The notes beneath the pieces were generated by a model. It saw only the letters and a program-made list of their open reading frames with translations, had not been told where the DNA came from and did no database searches. A stretch of 64,000 bases of DNA from positions 186,001 to 250,000 of the forward strand of contig NMRA01000277.1 in the NCBI GenBank assembly GCA_002633005.1. The letters are read 5' to 3'. The translations under genes and the position numbers were made by a program. The DNA comes from Phoronis australis. Its lineage: Eukaryota; Animalia; Phoronida. The stretch's first letter is position 1; the number at the start of each line of letters is the position of its first letter. Of the stretch, positions 39,301 through 53,270 are shown piece by piece.

Positions 39301-40556
39301 GGGAAATTTAAAACTCTAATGAGATGATAGAATTTTTGCTACGCTGTTTGTTGAATTATAACCCAAAAAGTTATTATCTTAGACATGATTATTTGAGAGA
39401 ACATGTCAAGCTTCTTAGCGTATTCCAAAGCATACGCGATCTTGATATTGAGCCAAATGATTCAAACTTCTTGTACAGCAGCGTCACCGGAGGGTTCTCT
39501 CTGAAACTAATTTGGGTTGATCTTATTAAACCCTCCTGCGTTTTGCCCGGGACCAGTCTCGCGCTACGACTTCCCGATTTCGATTTAATCGAGATTGCTC
39601 GATTTGGTGACTGGTCTTCTGTAGACTAATTCTCTGGTGTTGATTTTGCGGCTCAGCGCTATGTTCTTACTACTACATTACATGCTACAGGTACATGTAC
39701 TGTATACGTGTATCTGGGCAAGGCCCTAAAAGACGTAAAGAATTGGATTTCAAGTGTATGCGGAATGAGTGGTCACCACAAGACATTGAAATACTGCTAC
39801 GCTTTCCCGAGACTTCCCTTGAGGCTCTTTGAGTGCAGTAATTCCTGGAAAGTGTAAGGTGCGCAACGTCCAGTCAAAGTGGACAATAAGGTACCGGAAT
39901 AAATGAGTACACTATCCTATTTATTAGAACGTTGTCCAAACAAACATTAATTCAGGATAATTACAGCCGAGAAAAAAAAACATCAACGCGTCTAATAGCG
40001 ACTGTGCATATCTCATGCGCATGTCCAACATAAGTTCATCTCTTTTGCATTCTGGTATAGTATTTATGCCTAGCAACAGCCTGAAAGTTTTTATACGGAA
40101 GAGAGTGTTGCAGCTGGTTATGAGCATAATGTCAGCCGATCGAACACAGTCACAGTCGACGGAGGTGGGGTTGAGCAACGGTGACTGTCTTCAGTTCCAA
40201 AACAGTTCCATAACAAATTACAGTTGCAAGTTTCCTGCACCAATTATTCGTTTAATGTTAATTTGATGCTAAGAAATTAAATAAAATAACTTTATTGACC
40301 TCTTCTGTGCTAAACATTCGTTACAACCACATCCGGCAGCACTGTTAACACAATCGGTTGTCAAGAGATACATGTAGACATTCATCTCCCATAATGCAAC
40401 TGCTGCGGCAAATTCAAATATGACGGATTGGCACATTCACTATTGTCAATCTTAAAAACGGTTATTACACATAAAACGCAAAACACATTAAAACACTACG
40501 GTGATCTAATTAGCCTCTAGTGTACAAAGTGTTGAAATTATATGACCGCGTATACT

Positions 40557-43500
40557 TCAGTTATTCTTTTTTGTCGGCTTTAGCTGGTTGTTAGCCTTTT
40601 TTCTGATCAAAACGTAAATACGTCTGATGCATAAAAACACGATGCAAAAAGCAATTACTGGTAAAACCAATATGGTTATGAGCACGTCCAACATAGTTGC
40701 AATATACCACGGCCTGTCTATCGCTAGAGGACGTAGGTGGCCACCGCCATGTTTAATGACGTGGTCTAGCCACAAGGCTGCTCTTTTTCTAGGAGTTTCG
40801 GGAAAACCTTTGAAAGCACTGGATGCTTTTTTCACGTTCTTCTTAAAAGATGGATCGCTGAGGATTTTCTGTATTAAGTCAAACGCCTCGTCCGGTGTGA
40901 AAGTCTTCAAATCCATGGACAGTCCAAATCGTTTAGACTGAATTTTTTTAGCATTGTATCTTTGATCCGTGGGCGAAATGGGGACACCCAGCATCGGCAC
41001 GGAGTGGTAAAGTCCTTCATATACACCATTGGCGCCGCAGTGTGTGATGAAAAGTACTGTGTTCCTATGACCCAGGACGTCGTTCTGTGGTAGCCAGGAC
41101 TGTGTCAGTACGTTTTCACTGATGACAAGTTCTGAAGTGCTAGTGTTGGGTAATTTTACTAAAACTTTTTGTTTCAAGCGCGCAAAAGCATCGAAAAACT
41201 TTTGAAGATATCTGTGTGGCATCTTTTGCAACAGTGACCCCATGGAAAATAGAATAACTCCATGTTCAGCATCGGAGAAGAATTTCTCGAGTTCCCGTGG
41301 CAGTGGTTTGGCTGGCGAAGTAGTCAAACCTCCGGCAAACACCGAGTTAGGCATTGAAGGCCTTGGATAATCAAAAACTGGATCAGTCGTACCGTAAATC
41401 CAGAATAAAGAATCGGCAAGCAACTGACGGTAATTAAGATTTTCTCCAGGTAGATGTTTTCCAATTACCCATTGCGCGTTGACAGGAAAATCGACAATGT
41501 TTTGTAGTATTCTGTCCTTCAATGACTGAAGTCTGTCAAAATAGTTCATGTCTTCAGTAAAATCAGAAAATAGGCTTGGCGTAAGACTTGTCCAAAAGGG
41601 GGCGCCAGACAGTAAGTTCTCAGGAATTGGTGACTCAGTGGCAAAAGGTATTCCCAGTTTCCTTGGAAGAATTGCAAAACAGCGACAGAATGGTAGAGCG
41701 TCCAAGAAGATGAGTGCGAATTTCTTGTCCTGCACTCGCTGCATGAAATCACTGTCAGACAACATGGCGTCACAGTAGTGAGCTGCGCCTGCAGACATCT
41801 CTGTAAGTTGCTCGAAAGTTGAAGCTCGGCCGATAGATCTGTGATGATAAAACACATACCCGACAATAATATATGTAATGCTTTGTTATCTCGACAATCT
41901 CGTTAGCAAACTTCTAGATGAAACAATAGGATACGTACAAAAAAATAATTGGACTTTTTTCCACCTTGTCGGTCCTAACATGAGGTCTGCAGGCTGTAAG
42001 CAAATAATTGGTCTTGGTACGTGGCCAATATCAAACAATGTAACCTTTATCTACAGAAATGCACCATTACATGTAATTCTACATGTATGCTCTAAGACGT
42101 CATGACAATCGTTTTTGTCGTGCAGTTCAGAGGCGGGCTTAGGGGGGCGGGCAAGGAGGCCATGGCCTCCTAAAATTCTCACAGATTCCATTTGGTACTT
42201 CGGGGTGCTGACTGGCACATGCACGCACTTAGGGGGCTGGGGGGAGGCGGAATGTACAGTAGCCTTGAATAAACCCCGTTTCTCTACCCGTTTTTTTTTT
42301 CTTTTTTAGTAATAAGGTCAACAAACCCAAAAGTTTTAGACCCCCCTAAATCCCTACATTTTAGGCTGGGTGTGCGTATTTTTCGAAATTCTGGTTATTC
42401 CTGTGTCCTGCCCCCCTCGTAACGAAAAATCCTGGATCCGCCCTTGCAGTTACGTCACTTGACATTTGAAGTTTTTTCAAAACCTTTCTTTAAAAATTAC
42501 ACGATTTGTAATTTTAGCTGTTGGTCATCATTCACTTCTCTAAGACCAGATAATTACAGACATTTTCATCAGCTTTAGATTTTTCGTTGATAAACTTTCT
42601 TAAAGAACGCTGTTTTATCTTTTAGATGATTCTCAGTGCACTCCCATGCAGTGTCCCCAAATTATAAAGGAATTTTTTATCCTATGAATGTAACCACTTC
42701 TTTAAACAAGGTAAATGGTAAATACCCTTTAATTTTCACTAAAGCAGCAATAAGTTACATGTACATTACATGAATTTCTCCTGTACATTGCCTTCCACAT
42801 CAACCAACGTTCAGGCTACGTTCACACACCCTGGCCACTATTACGCACAACGCTAAGGGGTGTCTGTACTTAATTTCGGTCATTGATTCATTAAAAATGT
42901 AGTTCAGTGCATGGATGCAGTTAGTAAAAATTTGATAGCAGGGACATTAATTGTACAACCTGCCTATCACATTATTGCTTTTTTGAAAAAACTGCCCATG
43001 CTCAAGAGTTAACAATTCAGTCATACAGTGTAATTACGTAGAACACAAAAATCGGTGTGCAAATTATTAAAATCGGCTCGCTATATTTAAGTTTTCGCAC
43101 ATCGCTGCTTGACTGATAAGGAATGCAGACCGAGCCTAATTATCTTCGCCTGAATGGACTTGTGCTATAAGTAAAACAAAATATATGCAAATGGGTTGTA
43201 AATACTCGCTAGATAATGGGTTGACCCCGCCCGGATATTCAATGCAAATGACAATTCCATATCATGCAAGCATTGGTACTTGTAACTACAGATAATTTTC
43301 ACTACTCTGCTAATTTCGATAAGTAAGAACAAGCCTGGTCGTCGACCATATCGGATAGGTAGCGCTGAACAGTTAGGCGGCAGCCACGGGGCATTGTGCA
43401 GTTCTTAGAATTTAAATAAAGGGGTGTGTCAGGTTTGGCGTGCGGTTCGAGGAATGCGTTGAAAAGAATTACCAGGTAACTGATTGCGTGTGCTTTTGAA

Positions 43501-45449
43501 TGAGAAAATCCAAGTGGTTTAGCCGTAACTCACTTTTGATTCAAAATGGTGGCCGTCGTTAGCTTCCAACCCCTGTCGCCTGCTGTCTGAGAAACCGAGT
43601 GCGATTCAGGTGGCTGTCAGATTAAAATTGCCATTAAGGCAACGTACCGTGACCACTTTTGCAGAATCATTGAAAAACGAGCATTCTGAATCTATGGTCA
43701 ATTGTTTGTCGCACTTGCAGGGAATTAAGTAGTAATTTTGGGAAGAGAACTGTCAAATTTGGTGTTTTTCGGTCCTATTTTTCAGTGCCGTAATATTTTC
43801 CGATGTGTTATAATTTCAGGTTGTCTGCTGGATTGAGTTTTGATTGAGTGTTGTAGTTCAATTCCCGTCTTCCGCACTCCCGTTCTCCTCGGCCCTGAGG
43901 TAACATTACATGTACATTGATTGTACAACGGTGGCGCTGTGCGCACGGCGGGCTTGGCCGTATTTTGTCCTTTACATCCGTTTGGAAGGGGTAAAATGTG
44001 ACATACAGCATTCATGGATATTTATCCAGCTGATCCCAGTTTTTTTTTTAATCTGCGTTGCCCACGGCACAGCATTAATACGTTCCCGGCATCACTTAAA
44101 TATAAAGTATCCATACGACAGATGCTAACGTGGATTTCCTAGGAGCAGAGCCACCTGCCTGCCGTATCTGGAGGCGTACGACTATTTCGTTCCAAACGGC
44201 ATTGAAGATCGATTAGTGCGGAGGGCGAGAATGCAGTATTCTATTTCTTTCTTTTGATAGGGTAGAAATATTTTTAATCGTTCAATCATTTTTATAACAT
44301 CTATTGTTCAGTTTCCTTTTTATTTACGATTAAACCATATTTTTCGCATTCTGGTAACACTTGATTTTTAGAATTAAAAAAAAAATTTAACCCGTCCTGT
44401 ATGCGAAGTGATAATATGTATTAATGAAATTGATAAACATTTGCTTCAAGAACTGATGAAGGGTTTTCTAATGATGTGACTCGTACGCAATTCGGTTGAA
44501 AAACGGCGGAGTTGCAAAACGTTTTTAGCAGTAAATTCCATAGCAATAACCAACACTGGAACACCTTACTTTTTTCAAAACAAACAAAAAAGGACAACTG
44601 ATAATAGCAGAGAAGGCGAACTCATTATTTTGGTAACTAATTTTACTGTTGAATTAGAAAAGGATAACTCAAATAATGAAGCCATTGAAGTCTTGGACAG
44701 AGACAGAGTAGAATTACAATCATTGCAGACCCAAAACGTGAAAGGAGAGATGATCAGAAGAAGAGCTCATTGGATAGAAAATGGAGAAGGTGACTCCAAA
44801 TAATTTGGTAACTTGGAAAAAATAAACTACATGAAAAAATGTGTTACAGAGCTTAAAGATACTAATGGACTATTAATTAGAGGCAAATACGGCAGTGAAA
44901 ATGTTTGAGTCCCACTTGTTTGGTTCCTGGTCAACNTCCCACTGCCTACTTTTTGAGTCTCAAGCAACATTGCGTTTTACATTTGTATGGGAAAGTTCTC
45001 TACGCGGTGCATAGCGTTAGGGAGTCGCGAGGAGTACATGCAGCGCCACTCTCAGGGAAAATCTGCCCTTTGTCGACAGATCCCCTAAAGGATTTATGGC
45101 TAGTAGCTTTTTTGTTACTTCGTGGGTGACCCCCTCCATTCCTAAATGTCACTTACCTGAACAATTGTTCTTCTATGTCTTTCCCAAATATCTGCTCTAT
45201 GCCAGGCGGAGGTGGTTTGAATTTCATTCGCGCAATCTCAGTCCCTTGCACTAGTTTGTCCAAACTCACTGGCTCAGCGACTGCAACGGTAACTTCGTGA
45301 CCGAGTTTAACAAGTTCAGTCCCGATCGTCATGTGTATGTGCATGTGACTGTAGAAAGGTGCAGGGACAATCAAGACACGGTCGCTGCGAATTTCACGTG
45401 GCAGGATCGTCAGCGCAAACATGAACAAGTTCAACAAAAGAAGACACAT
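40557..45449 (-). CDS. UDP-glucuronosyl/glycosyltransferase (GT1 UGT); exons 45157-45449 and 40557-41838 (524 aa)
   Basis: Signal peptide, catalytic His in FYSHM, LGHEVTV, FLD, FSMGS, UGT signature WLPQNDVLGH...FITHCGANGVYEGLYHSVPM...DQ, C-terminal TM helix and KKNN dilysine. Donor AG|gtaagt and acceptor ttttatcatcacag| join in phase 2. Confidence 0.93.
42128..42446. mobile_element. GC-rich hAT-like MITE in the UGT intron
   Basis: cagaggcgg...aaaatcctggatccgcccttg; internal sequence shared with 62526-62871. Confidence 0.65.
44600..44885 (+). mobile_element. L1/Tx1-clade LINE ORF2 fragment in the UGT intron
   Basis: Translates KGEMIRRRAHWIENGEGDSK*FGNLEK, matching the L1/Tx1 G-IRSR-W-E-GEK-SKYF-NLEK motif. 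Confidence 0.75.
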
Positions 45450-46840
45450 GCTGTGTGCCTGTTTCCTCTAGACTAAAACGATGCAAAATTAATAGCTCGA
45501 AAGACGAGAACACTATTCAGTTAAAATTGAGCGACTTTATGTACAGGTATACCCTTGCAGTCGCAACGCTGGTAACAACGGGACGGACAATGTATTGTTG
45601 GTCAATACTTCTCCTTTATGAACTCGCATTCCTCTGGTTCGTGTTATTCAAACAATCCATTTTTGTGACAATACATGTAGTTGAATGCGTGCATATGTTA
45701 ATGTTTTCAATGTATTTCTATACACCTACAGAAAAAAAGCTGAACGAAACTCATTTTATGCTCGGGGCATTTTGCGAGGTCGATTGAGGCCAAGACGATG
45801 ATCTCAGTTTGATGTGCCTGAGCCATGCAGAGGATAGCGCCACCGATTGGCAGTACATGTATACCAAGTAGTATGGAGGCTCAGGCCAGTCCTGAAGCTG
45901 TGATGGAGATTGTAATAAACTTGAGCAAAAACGTATTTTTACATACGATATGTGTTTTGAGAAATTATCGCTGATAATTTGTGTAGGTGATTTTGCAAAA
46001 ATGACAATAATTCATCGTAATTCACCCAGACTACAATGAAAGCAAACTGCATTCAGTTGTACATGTAACTATTACATGTATTACTATTATTAAAATCTCT
46101 TGGTCCATTCAGTTGTAATAGACAACATTTTCATCCAATCCTTTCCTAACTACGGTTATACAGTACAACAAACAATTTGAGGACATCTAAGTTACAATTG
46201 ATACGAGTGTTTTTTGCAAGCATGATGAAAATTTACGTTATTTCACTCACCCAAGCCTAATACCAGTATGAAAGCGAAGGCCACTCAACATTTTTCAGAT
46301 GCTTTTGCAGTAAAATAAAATAAATGTAATGGTTATTTGTATAATATTTTAGTATCTCTACATTATTTATATCATACTTTTCATTTCTGTATTACATAAA
46401 ATGTCGAAGAACACCATTGTTTAGTTTAACTTCGCACCGCATCATTTGAAAAGACATTACAAACCTTGTAATTTTAGCGATGTCTGAAAACGCGTGCGGG
46501 CGCTTATATAGGAGCTCGGCGCTAATAAGGGCCAATTTCACAACGCATTTTATGAATTGCATCGTGAAAACATTCTGTTACAATACAATACAAACTAATT
46601 ATGGAAATAATACAGGTATCTCAGCGCCAATGCTGTCTAGCAATTTCGCAAAACCAATTTTATACAATATCGCGTAACTGAATAAACACGTGCTCTACAA
46701 TGTTTGTTGTCCACATACATGTATGCATATACCCATACTGTTACAGCGAGAATGTTGCCAAGAACAGTTTTGCCACTCAAACAGCACGTTACTAGTTACG
46801 TCAGATTCATCAGCTAATGTTTTGTATCACTACACATCTG

Positions 46841-47016
46841 ACTCACACAGTCGCCATTTTAAATGGAGCCTCTTTTTGGTTTTAAAAACAGTGCATTCTG
46901 CGCATAATCACAGCGCAATGCGTTTTTTTTTTCGCGTGCCTCGTTATATTTATATCTCAATGCATTGCTTTTTAACCTTAAAAGAGGCTAACTACTAAAA
47001 TGGCGACTGCGTGAAT
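46841..47016. mobile_element. ~175-bp foldback MITE
   Basis: cacagtcgccatttt...gcctctttt...tgcatt pairs with aatgca...aaaagaggc...aaaatggcgactgcgtg. Confidence 0.75.
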
Positions 47017-48049
47017 AAGGTCTATTGACCATTGCATGTGGAGTAGTTGAAGAGAGTTATACAACTCCCTTGTCATAAACCTAAAACTGTAGCTCAGGTA
47101 AACGCTCCACCACAAACTTTTCAAACAATATTTGGGTGTATACCCAGACAAATACAAGTGACTCCATTTTACAGTGAATGTGGTGTTTTGTATTCATACC
47201 CTGCCACCGGGATTTGGATTTCAAAGAAAATCTCATAAAAGTGTGGCATATTTGACGATGTCATGCAGTAAGGATTAATGTGACCCTAGAAGGCGTGTTT
47301 TAAACTAGAATACATGTACGCTAGACAAAGTGAGGAAACGTGAATAAAAATTACATTTGCTGTGGCTACTCTGAGCAAAAATGTTTATTTACTCTATACA
47401 TTTACTTTGAACTCTGTGTCACAGTCGCCGCCTCGATCTATTTCTCTATTACAGAAGCATGTTCAAGGCAATCTTGATTCAAACTATAACATGTATTTTT
47501 ATAAATGTTGAAAACCATAAATTGCATGGAGATGTTTTCAAAGGCCAAGCGACATGTAGATAAATGCTTACATTTTCCAGTCAAATTCATTTCCCATGTG
47601 TTTGACAGAAAGTAAAACGTGACTTAAATAAGTTAGAATGACGAAGGAGATGGTAAAAACATTGATCGTCTTCAGTTACATGTACTGTACAACAACCTTA
47701 GCTGCATTCATAGAATTAACCGTCACATATACATGTACCTCTGATGGTGATTTCGTGAGTTTGAACCATATGAAAAATGCGTTCGATGTAAAAATAATGG
47801 TGTTGTTTCTGTTCTAAGAAGGTTTCAAAAAGTCTTTTTCAAAGTAAATTTAAAAGTGATGAGGTCTACTCTCCTTGCATGCCTTTAGCAATTACTCACT
47901 TGCGGAGAGATTTGAAGGGTTGTAGACATACATGTATGTGTTCAATCTTTAATGACCTTAAGAAAACTTCTAAGTCAGAGTGTAAATGGGAACTATAGTT
48001 AGACGATAGTTTAGAGCTTAGATTAGAAGAAAATATACACATTGTTTTA

Positions 48050-48655
48050 GTAAATTACATAGGATCCCAATATTAGATGGTTCCAATTTAGAATACTACA
48101 TGTACATAGGATTATTGCAACAAATACATTTTAGTCAAAATTCGTTTTGGGGATTATAATTGATGTTCCTTATTCTAATAAAGCTCCAGAGACGCTGTCA
48201 CATCTTTTCTTGGGAATGTTGCCTTGTACAAGATTATTGGAAGGAACTCGGAAAGCTAATTCAAAGTGGCATTGAGCTTCCCAACTGTCTCTCTTACGAA
48301 CGTGTTATGGACTGTACAATGTATGACACTTACGATTTTCAATTCAACATTTTCTTTCTACTAGCCAAACAGTACATTTACAAGGAGAGATGTCACAAAA
48401 ATATATCTAATTTTTACAAGTCCGTTACGTATATATATATGAATATTATAACGATGAAGAATTATTTGCATATAAAAACTTTGTAAATGACAGCTTCTCT
48501 GCGAAATGCGGAAAATTCATTTGTTCACTTTAACTCCATGAAGAAGTTGATTACTTTATAAAGGATACGAGAACGGTCTCTCCTGAGGTGTGCATGCGTG
48601 AATGAATGAATGCACTTATTTGTTTTGTTGTACTTGTTTATAAATGATAATAAAT
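48050..48655 (+). mobile_element. L1/Tx1-clade LINE 3' fragment (C-terminal zinc-finger region)
   Basis: RWFQFRILH(VH)RIIATN...ET..HIF.WEC..VQDYW...FLLAKQYIYK; AT-rich tail. Confidence 0.75.
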
Positions 48656-48689
48656 ACCTGTGTTGAGATACATGTTGAGATTCCTGTCC

Positions 48690-49180
48690 GTTCACCTCAT
48701 CCATGAGGTGGTAACAAGGCCTGACCATCCCGGATCGCGAACTTATAGGATCCAACACTAGGTTCGACAGCGCCCTCTACCAGTTCCCTCAAGAGGAGGT
48801 CGTACTCCCAGCGTGAGAGTCCGCCCTCACAGATGAGTTATCCCAGGTTTGGTATGTCTACCTCCAGTGCCAGAACCTCGCTACCTCCCAGGGCTAACCA
48901 TGCAGAGGCTAGTCCCCCCCAGAAGCTACTCTCTGCACAGCGGCTGACCCCGAAATTCTTAGCCAGCAAAGCTCCGTGTTGTCTACTTCCAGACGCAACT
49001 GGTGTAAGACTTAAAAGCCAGCTTGGCTAGTCCTCTAAGGTTTCCTTATCACCAAAACCGGAGACTCATACTAGGCGCCTCCACGAAGGTAGGACAGAAT
49101 TCGATGGCTACAAGGCACTCAGCCGCACACAGTCGCTTATTCAAGGCTATGGAATGAATCCTATTTTCTCATCATCATCC
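48690..49180. repeat. Unclassified GC-richer repeat-like segment, possibly RTE-type LINE/SINE UTR
   Basis: Sharp composition change, (CAT)n at the right end, weak resemblance to RTE UTRs; no ORF. Confidence 0.25.
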
Positions 49181-52100
49181 AACTTGTATTTTTGGTTGAT
49201 TATAGTTACATGTATGATGTAGACGTTGACGCAATTGAGATTCTGAACTACATGTACAATCTGCAGCCTTTTTCAACAACTTGTCAACCTGCATGTTTGT
49301 AGCTTTTCGTTAAACAATATATTTTGGGTTCTAAAATCGTGTTACGGTGTTTTACAAAAATAATTGGCAATTGGTTTCAAAGTTTTCGTTCTGCAAGTGT
49401 AAATGGTGAGTTTATTAACAGAGCACTGTGTTTCCATGATTTGCATAGCTATTAACAGATGTGTTTACGTGATTTACGATAAACTACTGTTTTATATATT
49501 TGCGTAGCTAAGTGTGTGCGTGTGTATAAGTATATTGTATTTTTCTGTAACATTTCATTTGCGCAAAATTTCCTTGTTGTCAAGATACAATGTTGAGTCA
49601 GTTTTTGAGTAGGAATGTTACATACTCGTGAAACGAATTTAATAGTGAAAAGTTTGCCATGTGAAGGAGTCCGAATGATATCTAAATAACCGATCGATAG
49701 ATTTGATCGAAACATGACACAGAGTTATATCAAGAGATTTCAATTACACCATTTGAAATTTCGACTAGTTTCGACTACTGCAGTGCCTCGTAACTGCCAT
49801 TTTGTGAGCGTTTCCGGGTGATATGGTGTAATGGAATGATTGAAGGATTTTCATAAATGTTAACACAAAGTTACGTGTCGCCAATGAGCCGGCACCAATA
49901 AATTTTAGGGCGGAATCAACCATATTCAGTTCTTAAGTAAATCTACCAACGCTTTGCCAAGGGATTAGCTAGACTTTATTGCCGAAAATTTTCGAACCAA
50001 TATTCCATTTTAAGCAGCTAGTCGTTCCTTGTCACTTTCCCTGAAAATCAAAAAGTATATATTAACACTGGCGAAATAAATTAAACTCCGACAGAATATC
50101 TTTTTAGGCATTATACAAAAATACGTGCAACTGCTGCAAGAATGCATGGAAGTTGCCATGTGAACGAGCCTTTTTGAATATCACGGGAATGTCACTAACA
50201 TTTTTGGATGCACTTATCATCACTGGCCATAATTAGGCCTATTGAGGAGCATAGGCTCACAAGTGTTCTTTTTAGATTTATGGATGCACTCAGGAGAACC
50301 GCCGATGAACGAACTTATATTGTATGTTAAAAACACGTATGTGCTCACAGTTCTCGTTAGCTGGCCACTTCTTGTGATTAGTTTCGGGACCGTCTCCTGC
50401 ACCATCGCTTCATTCAGGCCACGCAGATTGCCAGTCCTTCCAATCGTCTTGCCAATTAGCGTTGACGACACTGCATCGAAAACATGCTTCAATGGTCAGA
50501 CATGTTTTAATTGTTAATTTTAACTCTATTCATTCATTAAGTGCTTGATTACCAAAACACTGTACAATTATACAAGACAGGCAGTGAAGGTCCGTAGGGT
50601 GCTACATTATCCCTGGTCGCCAGGGGAGGTGTGACATTTTTCTTCGTATACTACGACCAGGTTCAAGTTAGAATATTAAGACTGAAAGTTCTGGTATCTA
50701 TTTTACTGTCAAACAGTAGGACAGGAAACATTTCGACATTCAAAAGCCATTCAACATTCTTGTTTAGTGGAATTCTCGGTATCGTATGTAGTTTGGGCAA
50801 TAGACCAGGACGCGCAATTGAAAAGTTCGAGCTCTAACAACACAAACCATTTTGAGCAGATGTTCATATTAGAATGAAAACAGGCCATACATGTACATGT
50901 ATAACCAGACGTTGCAGCTTGTTCGCAAAATCACGTGTTCAAAGTGTTCCATCGAAGAAACCCCAGTGAAAAACAAGTTCCCCCGGAGACAACAAACAGG
51001 CTCACGTACCTTCAAAACAGCTAACCAGCTGGAAAAACACAAACCCCGGCAACTTTTAAAACATAAACCCCAGGGAGCAGGCAGAACACTCGGAGACCGA
51101 AACACCACTCCAAGTACCTCAGCACCTTTAAAATGCTTTGTATTCATACGAAATTTATCAATTTCACATTTTGATGGAAAGTAAATGTCCCTACTTTAAA
51201 CAGTTGATGTGATAAGTTGTTTTACTACACGAGACTGTACAGTAGACAACCTGTGACCTATTGGCGTTTCTATTGCTAAACATATGTTGCAATCGTTTGC
51301 GCTTTGGGCACAATGAATTATTGCATCATCTATTGGTCAGTTTTTGTTTTTCCATAATTTTTCAATCAGCTGTTCTTCTTCCACCAGGTTGCGTACATGG
51401 CACAAAAAAAATTATCGGAACTGGTCTCATTTTGACACAAGTTTTAGTACAGAATTTTAATACCATTTACAAATTATGAAGCAGTGATCCAAAAAAGAGC
51501 ATGAACGCGATGAGTTCGGAATTTCCGATTCCAAAATTCGTTTGAATGATCGATGAGGAGTTGAAACACACTTTTTTGATGGCAAAAATGGTGAAATTGG
51601 TGACGGTGCAAGTCTTTTGAGTGAACAAATCTCGCATTTCAAATTTCGGAAATTGATTATACGCTCGACAAGTAAATCGACAAACCCTAAAATGCGGCCA
51701 ATTGCAAAGATTCTTAAAGGAATTAATCAACAATAGCCCTCGAAAGTTGAAATACTATTTTAGGTTTTCGTTATTATAAACATTTTTGGAGAAATTATTG
51801 AATAATCTGAAATGAATTAAAAAACAATGTGTTGTTAGTATGTTGAAATTCGCTTACAGACACGTTTTACCGGTAAAAATCAGATAGCAAAGTCAATCTA
51901 ATCTAAATTGCGTTTTAATATAGACACTTAATTTTAACAAACAAATGTAAAAATAACTGGAAAGCACTTGAAAATGCTTTAAATCAAAGTTAGAGGCTAC
52001 TGACATCATCTCAGGAAATTTGAGAAATTCTCCGGGTTTCCTGTCCGATCCCGGAGATCGTGTTTTCCGGGTTGGTTAGCAATTTTGAAGGTGCGGGGTC

Positions 52101-52979
52101 AGTTTTTGACTCCGGGATGCCTGTTTCACATGTACACACGGATTCCGATTTTGATGGCAAACGTCCCTGATATCTTGGACATCGAGTGGTACTCAAAATA
52201 CTGTATTTCTTACTTACATGTACGATAGAATTTACCCGGGCCAATTTCAGCCTGCTGGGTTGTCTGGGCATTTTAACGTGCTTGCTGCATGTGAAGGCTA
52301 CGGATGGCATTTGCTTGATCTTTGAATCCAATCTGAGTGAAAGATTCTCAGCTTCTGACACCTTGACCTACTTCTTTTTCTCAAGCGGGAAGTTGAAATT
52401 TAGCAGGAAATTCAGGCACGCTTCAGACTCTTGATTTATGAAAAATCTGTCTGGTCTATACCCACTTTTTATCTGACTTCTAGAATCTGGAGACTTGTGG
52501 AAGTCTCACTGCAGTCTCTCAGTTCATAGTAACTGTATGCAAATGATGGCTGTGGGGTGAAAATTGCCGATTTGGCGTTGTTTGTCTCGTTTTTAAGTAG
52601 CAGGCTTCACTTCGTAAATGGTGGAGAAATGACTTTGGAATAAGTTTGAATAGACATTGTGCAAGGTTGTTGAAGTCTTTTGCCCATTATACTCTTCCAA
52701 TGTTCAGGTTCTGTACATCCTGTGGAACAAACTGTTTCTTAAAGCCCGAAATCAGCATCGCCCTCTTGAGAATAATACACTCAGACATTGCTCTCCATGT
52801 AGTCTATGAATTCATCAAAGGGGCTTCATATTGCATCACATGTAGCCAGTTATAACTTCGTTATCGGAACAATCGAGTAGATTTTTAGCCTTAAATTTAC
52901 CTTCGGAGGAGTACATGTACGTTACATGTATCTTCGCATGAGCGAATAACAAATGTACAGTTTACTCGGACCTGATAGC

Positions 52980-53270
52980 CGACTACCTTAGCCGCAGAAA
53001 ACAAGGAGTGTATATGTAACATTCGTCGGATGTTTTTAATTCCCTGCTTGCTATGGATGATGTGGGGCACCCCGGAGGTTTGTGCTCCGGCGGTCTTATT
53101 TCATTCAGTGCTTTTATGATTATAATACCGTGTTTAGTTTTCTGCTTCCCAACTTTAGGTACATGTACATGTAACTTTGCAGACGACAATAAAGTTGATG
53201 CTATTGGGCCCACCTTTGATGACGTCATTCAGACTATTAATTTTGACTCTATCAAGCTCATTGACTGACT
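52980..53270 (+). mobile_element. Degenerate CR1/L2-type reverse transcriptase fragment
   Basis: CNFADDNK (YADD motif) preceded by a decayed GxPxG segment. Confidence 0.5.

Noticed and set aside
41839-41913. Premature stop making the UGT a pseudogene (TAA at 41886-41888)
   Set aside because: It applies only if the acceptor at 41913 is used; the pyrimidine-rich acceptor at 41838 is in phase and yields a normal-length 524-aa UGT.
49040-49140. HDV-like ribozyme in an RTE-like UTR
   Set aside because: I could not build the P1/P3/P1.1 nested pseudoknot by eye; a covariance or descriptor search would be needed.
50220-50492. Possible isolated minus-strand exon (ends at a gtgagc donor)
   Set aside because: No recognisable product or partner exon; could be UTR or chance.
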